Positions 35,593 through 44,618 of a stretch of 64,000 nucleotides of DNA are shown piece by piece. The position numbers and the translations under genes were made by a program. The notes below the pieces were generated by a model, which made no database searches, had not been told where the DNA came from, and was given only the letters and a program-made list of their open reading frames with translations. Each line of letters starts with the position of its first letter. The stretch's first letter is position 1. This stretch comes from Candidatus Woesearchaeota archaeon (lineage in GTDB: Archaea; Nanobdellota; Nanobdellia; Woesearchaeales; GW2011-AR4): NCBI GenBank assembly GCA_016185755.1, contig JACPMX010000016.1, forward strand, positions 985 through 64,984, read 5' to 3'.

Positions 35593-36885
35593 TCAGCTTC
35601 TCCCAATTCCATGGTAAAGGATCCCCATTGACTTGATTCTCTCCTTGTCAAGGCAGTTCCTGCCGTCGATGACGACAAGGATTTTATGCTTCTTTAGCTT
35701 TTCCAGGCCCATTTCCTTGAATTCTCTGTGGTCTGTCACTAAAATTATATAGTCTGATTTATTCAGCAATTCATCCAAGTCCTTTACATTGCCTCCATTT
35801 TTGACATGAGGGTCAAAAACAAAGACTTCTGCGCCTTTCGTCTTAAGCACATTTATGACTTCAAATGCGGGGCTTTCTCTTGTGTCATCGACATTTGCCT
35901 TGTATGCAAGCCCGAGAACCCCCACTTTCGCGCCTTTTAGGGCTTTTTTTATTTTTTTCAGCTCATTCTCAAGAAGCTCGACGGTATAATGCGGCATGTA
36001 ATTATTTATTTTACGGGCCAGCTTTAGGAATTCATGATTGAAACCAAGCTGCTTTCCTCTTTCTATCATGTAATAAGGGTCCTGGGCGATGCAGTGCCCG
36101 CCCACCCCTGCACCAGGGTAATGCGGCATAAAAGCAAAAGGCTTTGTTGAAGCGACCTGAATCACTTCCATTATGTCAATCCCGGCTTTGTCGAAACTTT
36201 GCGCCATTTCATTCACAAATGCAATATTTACGTCTCTGAATGTGTTCTCTATTATCTTGGTCGCTTCTGCAGTCTTCAAATTGCTTACTTCAGTAACGCT
36301 TGCATCTATAATAGACCTATAGAATTCAGCAGCTTTTTCAGCAGCTTCTTTTGTTATGCCTCCAACCACTCTCGGCAGATTGTTGACTTTAAACTGCTTG
36401 TTGCCCGGGTCGATCCTTTCAGGGCAATGCGCGACCAGAACATCATTCCTGTAAGCGTCAAATTTCTGCTTTTTCAATATAGGCAAAACAATTTCCTCTA
36501 TTGTTCCTGGATAAATTGTTGACTCTATAATCAAAAGGGTTCCCGGCTTTATAAATTTTGAAATTGTCGATGCAGAATTCATGACTGCAGTCAAGTCTGG
36601 GGAATTGTTCCTGTCAACAGGCGTTGGAACGCAGACAATCACAACATCAGAGTTTGGGATGCACTCATTTGGATCAGCGGTTGCATGTATCCTGTTCCTG
36701 AGGCTTTTTAATTTGCCTACTATATATTCATCATCAATCGGGCTGGTTTGCCTGTTTACAGAATCGACTTTGTTTTTGTCAACGTCAAAGCCATAAACCT
36801 TAAGGCCCTTCTCGGCGCAAAGGCAGGCAAGAGGCAGCCCCACATAGCCCAGTCCCACTATTGTTACTGACACCATCAAAGCCAA
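35593..36885 (-). CDS. Nucleotide-sugar dehydrogenase (UDP-ManNAc/UDP-GlcNAc 6-dehydrogenase, WecC/WbpA-like)
   Basis: VTIVGLGYVGLPLA...GGHCI (catalytic Cys)... UDPG_MGDP_dh N, central and C-terminal domains. Confidence 0.85.
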   Translation of the reverse strand: MALMVSVTIVGLGYVGLPLACLCAEKGLKVYGFDVDKNKVDSVNRQTSPIDDEYIVGKLKSLRNRIHATADPNECIPNSDVVIVCVPTPVDRNNSPDLTAVMNSASTISKFIKPGTLLIIESTIYPGTIEEIVLPILKKQKFDAYRNDVLVAHCPERIDPGNKQFKVNNLPRVVGGITKEAAEKAAEFYRSIIDASVTEVSNLKTAEATKIIENTFRDVNIAFVNEMAQSFDKAGIDIMEVIQVASTKPFAFMPHYPGAGVGGHCIAQDPYYMIERGKQLGFNHEFLKLARKINNYMPHYTVELLENELKKIKKALKGAKVGVLGLAYKANVDDTRESPAFEVINVLKTKGAEVFVFDPHVKNGGNVKDLDELLNKSDYIILVTDHREFKEMGLEKLKKHKILVVIDGRNCLDKERIKSMGILYHGIGRS

Positions 36886-37017
36886 AAGACTCTTGGCTGG
36901 TTTATAAATTTTTGTGCCATAGATTCCAACTGCCGTTTAGAAAGATTTAAATATGATTATTCGTCCTTGTTTCAATTGGTATAACTCTATAAACTTAATT
37001 TGAATCCTGGCCCTAAA

Positions 37018-38529
37018 ATGAAAATACTATTAATAAATCCCCCTTTGGTCGGAAGCAAAAATGAGCTGCCAAGGATAGGCGTTCCTCTCGGTATCCTGCA
37101 GATTGCGGCTTTCCTGGAAAAAAAAGGGAAAAAAATCGAAGTATTTGACTCTTTAACATATTCTCCAAAATTGGAAACAGCAGAGCTGGACGAGAATACC
37201 ATACAAATAGGGGCATCCTGGGAATGCATAAAGGACAAGATAAGGGAATCAAGGCCAAACTATGTCGGAGTCGCCTGCCAGTTTTCCATTCTTGTGCCGA
37301 CCATCATCCAGCTTTCAAAGGCAATCAAGGAAGCAGACGGCAGCGTAAAAGTCATTGTAGGCGCCAACCCCGCCACCGCCAACCCGGATATTTTCCTGGG
37401 CGAGCCTTCTATAGACTTTATCATAATGTCAGAAGGGGAGCACACGATGAATGAGCTTATTGACTGCCTGGAGGAAAACAGGGACTTCAGTACAATTCCA
37501 AACCTTTCTTACAAGAAAGACGGAAAGATTGTGCAAAACCCAATCAAATTCATATACGAGCTGGACGAGCTGCCATTCCCGGCAATTCACCATTACAACC
37601 TGGAGAGATATTTTGAGCTTGTCGAGAAGGGAATGGGCGGAAGGGTACTGACTTCTTCCAACTCCAACAGGCAGTTTTCAGTTGTTACAAGCAGGGGGTG
37701 CCCGTTTTTCTGCAATTTCTGCTCAATTTTCATCCATATGGGAAGAGACTTAAGGAAACATTCGAGCAGCTACATCCTGGATTATCTGGAGATGCTGGTG
37801 GATAAGCATAAAATAGACCACATAAACTTCGAGGATGACAACCTTACTTTGGACCTCAAGAGGTTTGAAGAAATTCTTGACGGCATTATCGAAAGAAAGC
37901 TGAATATAACATGGGACACACCAAACGGCATAAGGGCAAACCTTCTTGATGAAAGAATAGTGGCAAAGGTGAAGGAGACTGGGTGCACTGGGCTAAAAAT
38001 CGGAGTCGAGTCAGGAAACCAGGATGTACTGGATAAAATCATTGTCAAGGGACTGAGGCTGGAAAGCGTAGAAAAAATGTCAAAACTATGCCACAAATAC
38101 AGGATTCCGCTGAGTGCTTTCTTTATCATAGGATTTCCCGGCGAAACCAAAAAAAACATCCAGGAGACGCTGGACTTTGCATACATGCTGAAGAAAAAAT
38201 ATGATGTAAACCCAATACTGCACAACGCAATTCCCCTGCCGGGAACGGCGCTTTACAACGAATGCAAGGAAAAAAACTATTTAGTCGAGCGAAAAGAGGA
38301 AAAGTCGTGGTTCAATTACGGAGAAATCGCGATAAAGACAGGGGAGTTTGACCCGCAGTTCCTGATGGAGAAAACAAAATCGTTTTATAGGAACATCCTG
38401 TTCCTGGAAAGCCTGAGCGTGCTAAAAAGCCCTGCAAAAATTATGGGCTATATGGGCATGCTGGCCAACCAGCCGAGAAAATTCTTCAGCCTGTCGAAGA
38501 GGCTTTTTGCAATAGTCTTTAATGCATGA
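37018..38529 (+). CDS. B12-binding-domain radical SAM enzyme (class B radical SAM)
   Basis: N-terminal MKILLINPP...GVPLGILQIAAFL (cobalamin-binding Rossmann) then the radical SAM core SRGCPFFCNFCS (CxxxCxxC). Confidence 0.75.
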   Translation: MKILLINPPLVGSKNELPRIGVPLGILQIAAFLEKKGKKIEVFDSLTYSPKLETAELDENTIQIGASWECIKDKIRESRPNYVGVACQFSILVPTIIQLSKAIKEADGSVKVIVGANPATANPDIFLGEPSIDFIIMSEGEHTMNELIDCLEENRDFSTIPNLSYKKDGKIVQNPIKFIYELDELPFPAIHHYNLERYFELVEKGMGGRVLTSSNSNRQFSVVTSRGCPFFCNFCSIFIHMGRDLRKHSSSYILDYLEMLVDKHKIDHINFEDDNLTLDLKRFEEILDGIIERKLNITWDTPNGIRANLLDERIVAKVKETGCTGLKIGVESGNQDVLDKIIVKGLRLESVEKMSKLCHKYRIPLSAFFIIGFPGETKKNIQETLDFAYMLKKKYDVNPILHNAIPLPGTALYNECKEKNYLVERKEEKSWFNYGEIAIKTGEFDPQFLMEKTKSFYRNILFLESLSVLKSPAKIMGYMGMLANQPRKFFSLSKRLFAIVFNA

Positions 38530-39211
38530 GCCTTATCTTGATTAAGTCAATAAACATCCTTATAGAGTCCTTTACAGGGCTGAGCTTGCTGTGAGCGGAA
38601 TTATTCCAGACCACAGGGACTTCCTTGATTTTGTATCCTGCGCTTTTAGCCAGATAGAGCGTCTCCACGTCAAAGCAAAATCCTTTAATCTTCTGCTTTC
38701 TGAAGATGTCCATGGCTGCCTTCCGCTTAAACAATTTAAAGCCGCATTGCGTGTCCCTTATTCCCCTTAAGGTTGTAAGATTGACCAATACAGGAAATAT
38801 CTTTCCCGGTATCCTCCTGTGAAGCGGCTGCCTTCCGGCTATTACGGAGCCTTTCATCCTTCTGGATCCGATTACAATGTCATAATCTCCGATATATTTC
38901 AGGAAACTGTCCAATGACTCAATCGGCGTGCTCAAGTCAGCGTCAGAGAAAAGTACAAGATTTTTTTTGGACATCAAAACTCCTCTTTTTACAGAATACC
39001 CTTTCCCCGAGTTTTTGCTGTTACTTACCAATCTTAGCCTTCCTGACTTAAATCCCTTTACAATGGCAGCAGTGCCGTCTTTTGAACAGTCATCCACCAC
39101 GATAATCTCATAGCCAAGCTTCTTGTTTTCAAGAAACTTCATTATTGCCGAGATGCTTTTTTTAATCCTGCCCTCTTCATTGTATGCCGGTATTACAACA
39201 GAAATCTCCAT
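38519..39211 (-). CDS. GT2-family glycosyltransferase (dolichyl/polyprenyl-phosphate sugar synthase-like)
   Basis: ISVVIPAYNEEGRI...IIVVDDCSKDGT...FSDADLSTP. Confidence 0.75.
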   Translation of the reverse strand: MEISVVIPAYNEEGRIKKSISAIMKFLENKKLGYEIIVVDDCSKDGTAAIVKGFKSGRLRLVSNSKNSGKGYSVKRGVLMSKKNLVLFSDADLSTPIESLDSFLKYIGDYDIVIGSRRMKGSVIAGRQPLHRRIPGKIFPVLVNLTTLRGIRDTQCGFKLFKRKAAMDIFRKQKIKGFCFDVETLYLAKSAGYKIKEVPVVWNNSAHSKLSPVKDSIRMFIDLIKIRLMH

Positions 39212-39257
39212 ATTTTAGCCAAATAACGGGCAAATTTTTAAATTTTTTTAAAAATGG

Positions 39258-40451
39258 TCAAATCTTCGAAGCTATGCTTATTATTTTCGGGTAAAACTTC
39301 GGGTTGAACAGTATGTTAACAGTATTAAAGCACTCATGCGTGCAAAAACAGTTTGTACCGCGGATAAACTTTACCTCATCCATTGATTTCTGCGACAACC
39401 ATAGCTTTCTGAAATCAAGGCCATAATCACGTATGTTCCCCATCTTGTGCGAAGAGCCCAAGATTTCGCACGGATAAACATCGCCTTCAGGGTACATGAC
39501 TCCGCTCAAGTTGCCGGAGTAGCACGGCATCTGGTACTGGTTGGTCTGGTAAATCCGCTGAATCTGTTCATTCAGAATTATCCTTGCTGCAGTTGCCAGC
39601 TTGTTTCCTTTGAACCTCCTTTGGCCAGTCATCTTCTTCGAATAAAACAAGTCGTCCCTGAATTTTACAGCCTCCCTGTAAAGATTCATGTCCAGATTCA
39701 GGTTCACTTTTTCCTTGGGATTTCCCCTTACAAGGTTGATGGCTATATTATCCGGCTTTGCTATTTCGTATATTCCTTTTATTACATCAATAAAATTATT
39801 CTGATTCTGGGAGGTGAAAGTGGTTATAGTCCCTATGTTTATCCTGTCGTATTTTTTCTGCAGCTCCTTGAGCGCCATTATTGTGCCAATGGCCCTGTCA
39901 AAGCATCCTTTTATCCCCCTTATCTTCTCGTGCTCCTCATGAAGCCCGTCTATCGAGATTTGCTGGTTCAGCACGAGCTCAGGGCACCACTCCATCATGT
40001 TCGTTATCTGATTTATCATTCTTTCCTTAAAAAACCCGTTTGAGGGTATAGAAACAATCGGGACCCTTGTGTTATCATAAAATATCTTCACTATCCTGTC
40101 GATATCCCCCCTGACATACGGCTCCCCGCCGGTTACCACCAGATGCAGCAGCGGGTCCATTGTCTTTGTCATCTTGTCAATCTCTTCCAAGGTCAGCTCG
40201 CTAAACTTCTTGTTAAGGCTGTCGTGGTAAAAGCAATGGGAGCAGGTCATATTGCACCTGCTTGTGGGATATAAAATAAAATAAGAAGGCAGCTGGTTTT
40301 TCTTGCTGAAAGCCTTTGACAAATGGCTGTAATAATTTTTAGGCCGATTGCCGTTGGTGCCCATTTCAGGGGCATGCTCCTGCGAGGTGGCATCTTCCTT
40401 TTTATCCAGGCTTTCACCGGAAGGAACCTTTATTTCAATTACCTGCTCCAT
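39258..40451 (-). CDS. Radical SAM domain protein (C-terminal Cys-rich, SPASM/twitch-like)
   Basis: YPTSRCNMTCSHCFY (CxxxCxxC) and GGEP glycine-rich SAM motif. C-terminal CFCTHEC cluster. Confidence 0.7.
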   Translation of the reverse strand: MEQVIEIKVPSGESLDKKEDATSQEHAPEMGTNGNRPKNYYSHLSKAFSKKNQLPSYFILYPTSRCNMTCSHCFYHDSLNKKFSELTLEEIDKMTKTMDPLLHLVVTGGEPYVRGDIDRIVKIFYDNTRVPIVSIPSNGFFKERMINQITNMMEWCPELVLNQQISIDGLHEEHEKIRGIKGCFDRAIGTIMALKELQKKYDRINIGTITTFTSQNQNNFIDVIKGIYEIAKPDNIAINLVRGNPKEKVNLNLDMNLYREAVKFRDDLFYSKKMTGQRRFKGNKLATAARIILNEQIQRIYQTNQYQMPCYSGNLSGVMYPEGDVYPCEILGSSHKMGNIRDYGLDFRKLWLSQKSMDEVKFIRGTNCFCTHECFNTVNILFNPKFYPKIISIASKI

Positions 40452-40595
40452 AGCGACCGCATTGATATGCCGTTAAACCATTAATTTTATTAATATATTA
40501 TGAAGAACGGACCATATATAAATCTATCGAGCAGGAACGGGCATATCCAAAAATTTATATGCCGAAAATATGCCATCCATCCAAACCAACAAAAA

Positions 40596-41597
40596 ATGAA
40601 ACTATTTTTTTCAATCATAATCCCATTCGGGAAAGCAGACAAATACCTGCTGGAATGCGTGAAGGCGTGCTCCAGCCAAAGCTATGGAAAATTCGAGATA
40701 ATTTTACTGCCTGACAGCAAAACCGGGCTCCCATTCGGCAGGCAGATGAAAAATATAAGAATTATAGAAACCGGAAAAGTGTACCCCTCAAAAAAGAGGA
40801 ACATCGGGATGAAGAATTCCAAGGGAAACATGTGCTCATTTATCGATTCCGATGCATTCCCAAAGAAAGACTGGCTGAAAAACTCCGCACGGTATTTTAA
40901 GGACCAGGGCATAGCTGCCGTAGGCGGCCCGAACCTCATCCCAAAAAATGAGCCTTTCCTGGTTCAGCTGTCAGGGATGGCAATAACCAATTTTTTTGCC
41001 ACAGGGCCTGTTGCAAAAAGATTCAAAGTTTTCAGGAGGAATTATTTTGCCCCTGAGCTGTCAGCATCAAATTTGATAGTGAGAAAATCCATAATGGAGA
41101 AGCTCAACGGGTTTGACGAGAGGTTTTTAACAGGCGAGGATTCCAAATTATGCCGCCAAATCAATGAATCGGGAAAGAAAATACTCTATGCCAGAGACGT
41201 GCAGGTTTACCACCATCAAAGAAAATGGCCGTTTTCCTACGGCAGGCAGATATTTACATGGGGGAGGAACAGGGGAACCTTAGTTTCAAAAAAAGAGGCG
41301 GATATGAGAGTGGAATACCTGGCGCTGCTTTCTTTTGCATTATTCATGCTTATCGGAGGCATACTTTCTTTTTTTATACACCAGCTCCTATTGGCATACC
41401 TGCTTGCGGCAGCCTCATACCTTTCAGCATGCCTGATTTTCTCGTTTAGCAACGGGATTAAATTCTCTCCCTTCCTTTTTATCAGCTTCCCCCTGACTCA
41501 TTTTACTTACTCCCTGGGATTTCTGCTGGGATTCATCGGCTTAGGCAAGGGATGCAAAAACACAAAAAATTTTTGCGCCGGCAACCTGCGGCAATAG
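40596..41597 (+). CDS. GT2-family glycosyltransferase with C-terminal transmembrane helices
   Basis: MKLFFSIIIPFGKADKYL...FIDSDAF (DxD)... then two to four hydrophobic helices. An alternative start at ATG 40500 is possible. Confidence 0.65.
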   Translation: MKLFFSIIIPFGKADKYLLECVKACSSQSYGKFEIILLPDSKTGLPFGRQMKNIRIIETGKVYPSKKRNIGMKNSKGNMCSFIDSDAFPKKDWLKNSARYFKDQGIAAVGGPNLIPKNEPFLVQLSGMAITNFFATGPVAKRFKVFRRNYFAPELSASNLIVRKSIMEKLNGFDERFLTGEDSKLCRQINESGKKILYARDVQVYHHQRKWPFSYGRQIFTWGRNRGTLVSKKEADMRVEYLALLSFALFMLIGGILSFFIHQLLLAYLLAAASYLSACLIFSFSNGIKFSPFLFISFPLTHFTYSLGFLLGFIGLGKGCKNTKNFCAGNLRQ

Positions 41598-41634
41598 AAT
41601 AAGCTTTAAATATGCCGCTTCTGTTCTTTGGGAT

Positions 41635-42357
41635 ATGAAAGTCATGATTACAGGCGGGAACGGCGCACTCGGGAAATCGCTGAAAAAGGCTTTTCCTGAT
41701 GCATACTTCCCAACACACCGGGAAATGGATGTTGCAGATGCTGATGGAGTAAATAAGGCTGTCCTAGGATACAAGCCTGACGCACTGATTCATGCAGCGG
41801 CATTTGTAGACATAAGGGGATGCGAGAATGACAAGAAAAAGGCATGGGATACAAATGTAGAGGGCACGCAAAATATTATGGATGCGCTCAGTAGGGCAAA
41901 CAAAAACTGCTATCTTATCTACATCTCAACTGCATGCGTCTTTGCAGGGGAGCATGAGAAATACTATACGGAAGACGACATCCCATCACCAAAGAATTAT
42001 TACTCCTTCACAAAATTATGCGGGGAACTTGTTGCAAGGCAGCATCCAAATACATGCATCATAAGGACGAATTTTGTCCCAAAAGAGCAGTGGAAATACC
42101 CGAAAGCATTTACAGACAGGTTCGGGACTTATCTTTTCACAGACAATGCTGCACAGGGAATCAAGGACGTTTTTGATAAAAAAGAAAAAGGGATAATCCA
42201 CATTGTTGGAGACAGGAGAATGAGCATGTACGAGCTGGCAAAGCTCGCAGGCTCAAAAGATGTTGGAAAGATCACATTAAAGGAATACGATGGCCCAATG
42301 GTGACTGTTGACATGAGCCTGTCCACCAATAGATGGAAAAAATACAAAATCCGCTGA
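41635..42357 (+). CDS. RmlD-like NAD(P)-dependent sugar nucleotide reductase (dTDP-4-dehydrorhamnose reductase family)
   Basis: MKVMITGGNGALG...DALIHAAAFVDIRGCE...YSFTKLCGE (YxxxK). About 240 aa, short SDR of the RmlD_sub_bind type. Confidence 0.65.
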   Translation: MKVMITGGNGALGKSLKKAFPDAYFPTHREMDVADADGVNKAVLGYKPDALIHAAAFVDIRGCENDKKKAWDTNVEGTQNIMDALSRANKNCYLIYISTACVFAGEHEKYYTEDDIPSPKNYYSFTKLCGELVARQHPNTCIIRTNFVPKEQWKYPKAFTDRFGTYLFTDNAAQGIKDVFDKKEKGIIHIVGDRRMSMYELAKLAGSKDVGKITLKEYDGPMVTVDMSLSTNRWKKYKIR

Positions 42358-42359
42358 CT

Positions 42360-43037
42360 ATGAAGCCTAAAATCCTGTTTTGCGGATACAGGGAATGGTC
42401 GCTTAAAATTTATGGCCATATCGAGGGCAAGTTCAGGGATAAGGCAGAGCTGAAGCTGGCAAGGGACGAGAAGGAATTTGAAGACACAATAAAATCATTC
42501 AATCCTGGCCTGGTATTGTTCATAGGCTGGAGCTGGATAATAGACAAGGGCACAGTAAGCAAATTTTTATGCATATGCCTGCATCCCTCGCCTCTGCCAA
42601 AATACAGGGGGGGCAGCCCGCTGCAGCACCAGATGATAAACGGCGAAAAGGAAAGCGCAGCCACGCTTTTCAGGATGAACGACAAGGTCGACAAGGGCCC
42701 GATATTATGGCAGGAGAAGTTTTCCCTGGATGGGAATTTAAGCGAAATTTTCGAAAGAATGTATGAGAAAGGAAAAAAAGGAACTGAAGAAATAATAAAA
42801 AAATTCCTCAATAATGAAAGCTTTGAGGGAACGGCACAGGATGAAAGCAAAGCCACATACTTCAAAAGGAGGACACCGGAAATGAGCGAAATAAAAGCAG
42901 AGGATTTTGAAAATAATACTGCCGAGGAGCTTTACAACAAGATAAGGGCGCTGCAGGACCCCTATCCAAATGCATTTATAAGGTGCAGGAACAACACAAA
43001 ACTTTATATTCAGAAAGCAAAAATTGATGAAAAATGA
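42360..43037 (+). CDS. Formyltransferase-fold protein (sugar N-formyltransferase / Fmt-PurN-like)
   Basis: CLHPSPLPKYRGGSPLQHQMING...D.G.I matches the formyl_trans_N HxSLLPxxRG and catalytic His/Asp arrangement. Confidence 0.7.
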   Translation: MKPKILFCGYREWSLKIYGHIEGKFRDKAELKLARDEKEFEDTIKSFNPGLVLFIGWSWIIDKGTVSKFLCICLHPSPLPKYRGGSPLQHQMINGEKESAATLFRMNDKVDKGPILWQEKFSLDGNLSEIFERMYEKGKKGTEEIIKKFLNNESFEGTAQDESKATYFKRRTPEMSEIKAEDFENNTAEELYNKIRALQDPYPNAFIRCRNNTKLYIQKAKIDEK

Positions 43038-43645
43038 AAATGAAAAAACTTGTGATATCCCCCCATATAGATGATGAAGTTCTTGGATGCGGGGGAATAC
43101 TTGACAAGGACACATTCGTGCTGCACTGCGGAGTTGAGGACAGGAGCTACGCGAGCGCGGAAGAAAGGCTAAAGGAGATAAAAGAAGCGCAGAAAATAGC
43201 GGGGTTCCAGATGAAGCTCCTTAAGAATGAAGTCAACCACTATGCGGAAGCAGACTTGATAGGGGATTTTGAAAGCACCATAAATGAAATCAAGCCTGAG
43301 ATGGCATTCATACCGCACCCATCCTACAACCAGGACCACAGGGCAGTGTACAATGCCGCGCTGATTGCATTAAGGCAGCATGACATAAACTTTTTCGTGA
43401 AGAAAGTGCTGGTATACGAGCAGCCTCAGGATGTTTTCTGGGACTTCAACAGTGAAAAAGGCTTCAAGCCGAATTATTTCGTGCCTATTGACATTGAAAG
43501 AAAACTGAAACTGTACTCGCTGCTTAAAACACAGGTAAGGCCGTTCAGGAGCCTTGAGCATGTAAGGGCGATTGCTGTCCTGAGGGGGGGCCAGAGCAAC
43601 TGCAGGCATGCAGAGGGCTTTGAAGCTTTGAGATGGATTGACTAG
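43034..43645 (+). CDS. PIG-L/LmbE-family N-acetylglucosaminyl deacetylase
   Basis: LVISPHIDDEVLGCGG is the zinc-binding H-x-D-D-E signature. ATGA overlap with the formyltransferase gene. Confidence 0.8.
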   Translation: MKMKKLVISPHIDDEVLGCGGILDKDTFVLHCGVEDRSYASAEERLKEIKEAQKIAGFQMKLLKNEVNHYAEADLIGDFESTINEIKPEMAFIPHPSYNQDHRAVYNAALIALRQHDINFFVKKVLVYEQPQDVFWDFNSEKGFKPNYFVPIDIERKLKLYSLLKTQVRPFRSLEHVRAIAVLRGGQSNCRHAEGFEALRWID

Positions 43646-43649
43646 CACT

Positions 43650-44618
43650 ATGAAATATCCTTTTATATCTCTTGTTGTAGTAAATTACAATGGCGAAGAG
43701 ATAATCGGGAAATGCCTTAGTTCTTTGGTTAAAGCTGATTACCCCAAAAACAAGTACGAGATTATTGCTGTTGACAATGCATCTACAGACAATAGCCTTT
43801 CAATCATCAAGGGATTTCCCAAAGCTAAAATAATACGAAACAAAACAAACCTTGGCTATGTGGGGGTAAATTCCTGCCTGGGCAGGGCAAGGGGAAAATA
43901 CATATTCGTGCTGAACAATGACCTTGAGATGGAAAAGAAATGCCTGAAAAAGGCAGTTGAAGCAATCGAGAAGGACAATTCAATTGGTGTCATTGCCCCT
44001 AAGTTCGTCAATTATTACAGCAGAAACGTCGAGTCAAACGGCACGTGGGTTTCAAGGTCATTCTACACAGGCCATTACATCGACAGGAATGAAGAGCAGA
44101 AAGCAAAGGAAATCCCATACCTTGGCATTGAGATGATAAGGGCAGATATAGCGAAAAAATTCGGATATATCTATGACAAGGATTATTTCATTTACGGGGA
44201 AGACTTGGACCTTTCCTTGCGCTTCAGGCTTTTGGGGTATAAGACAATGTACGTTCCTGATGCAGTGATATACCACATGCACGCTGCCACGACAAAAAAG
44301 AGCAGAAGCCATAAGATGACTTTTTTACTGGAGCGGAACTTGCTGATGACCTACTTCAAAATACTGTCTTTTAAGAATACTCTCCTTTTTTTCCCATATG
44401 TTTTTTCCATGAGGATGATTGGGATATTAAAGGATATCCTGACGCTTCAGCTTATGAATGCCTTTGCAAGGATAAAAGCAATTTTTTGGATAGCTGCACA
44501 TTTCCCGCTTGTAATGAAAAAACGGAAAAAAATTCAGGGAATGAGGAAAAAAACAGACAAATTCTTGCTTGAAGTATTCAGCGAAAAGCGCCTTTTTGGG
44601 AGAAAAACTAATCTCTAA
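43650..44618 (+). CDS. GT2-family glycosyltransferase
   Basis: ISLVVVNYNGEE...IIAVDNASTDNS...VLNNDLEME (DxD / GT-A). Confidence 0.75.
   Translation: MKYPFISLVVVNYNGEEIIGKCLSSLVKADYPKNKYEIIAVDNASTDNSLSIIKGFPKAKIIRNKTNLGYVGVNSCLGRARGKYIFVLNNDLEMEKKCLKKAVEAIEKDNSIGVIAPKFVNYYSRNVESNGTWVSRSFYTGHYIDRNEEQKAKEIPYLGIEMIRADIAKKFGYIYDKDYFIYGEDLDLSLRFRLLGYKTMYVPDAVIYHMHAATTKKSRSHKMTFLLERNLLMTYFKILSFKNTLLFFPYVFSMRMIGILKDILTLQLMNAFARIKAIFWIAAHFPLVMKKRKKIQGMRKKTDKFLLEVFSEKRLFGRKTNL

Noticed and set aside
37224-37651. ORFs 37224..37454 (+) and 37451..37651 (+), Arg/His/Gln-rich
   Set aside because: Alternative frames inside the B12-radical SAM gene. Their composition is typical of frame-shifted translation of coding DNA.
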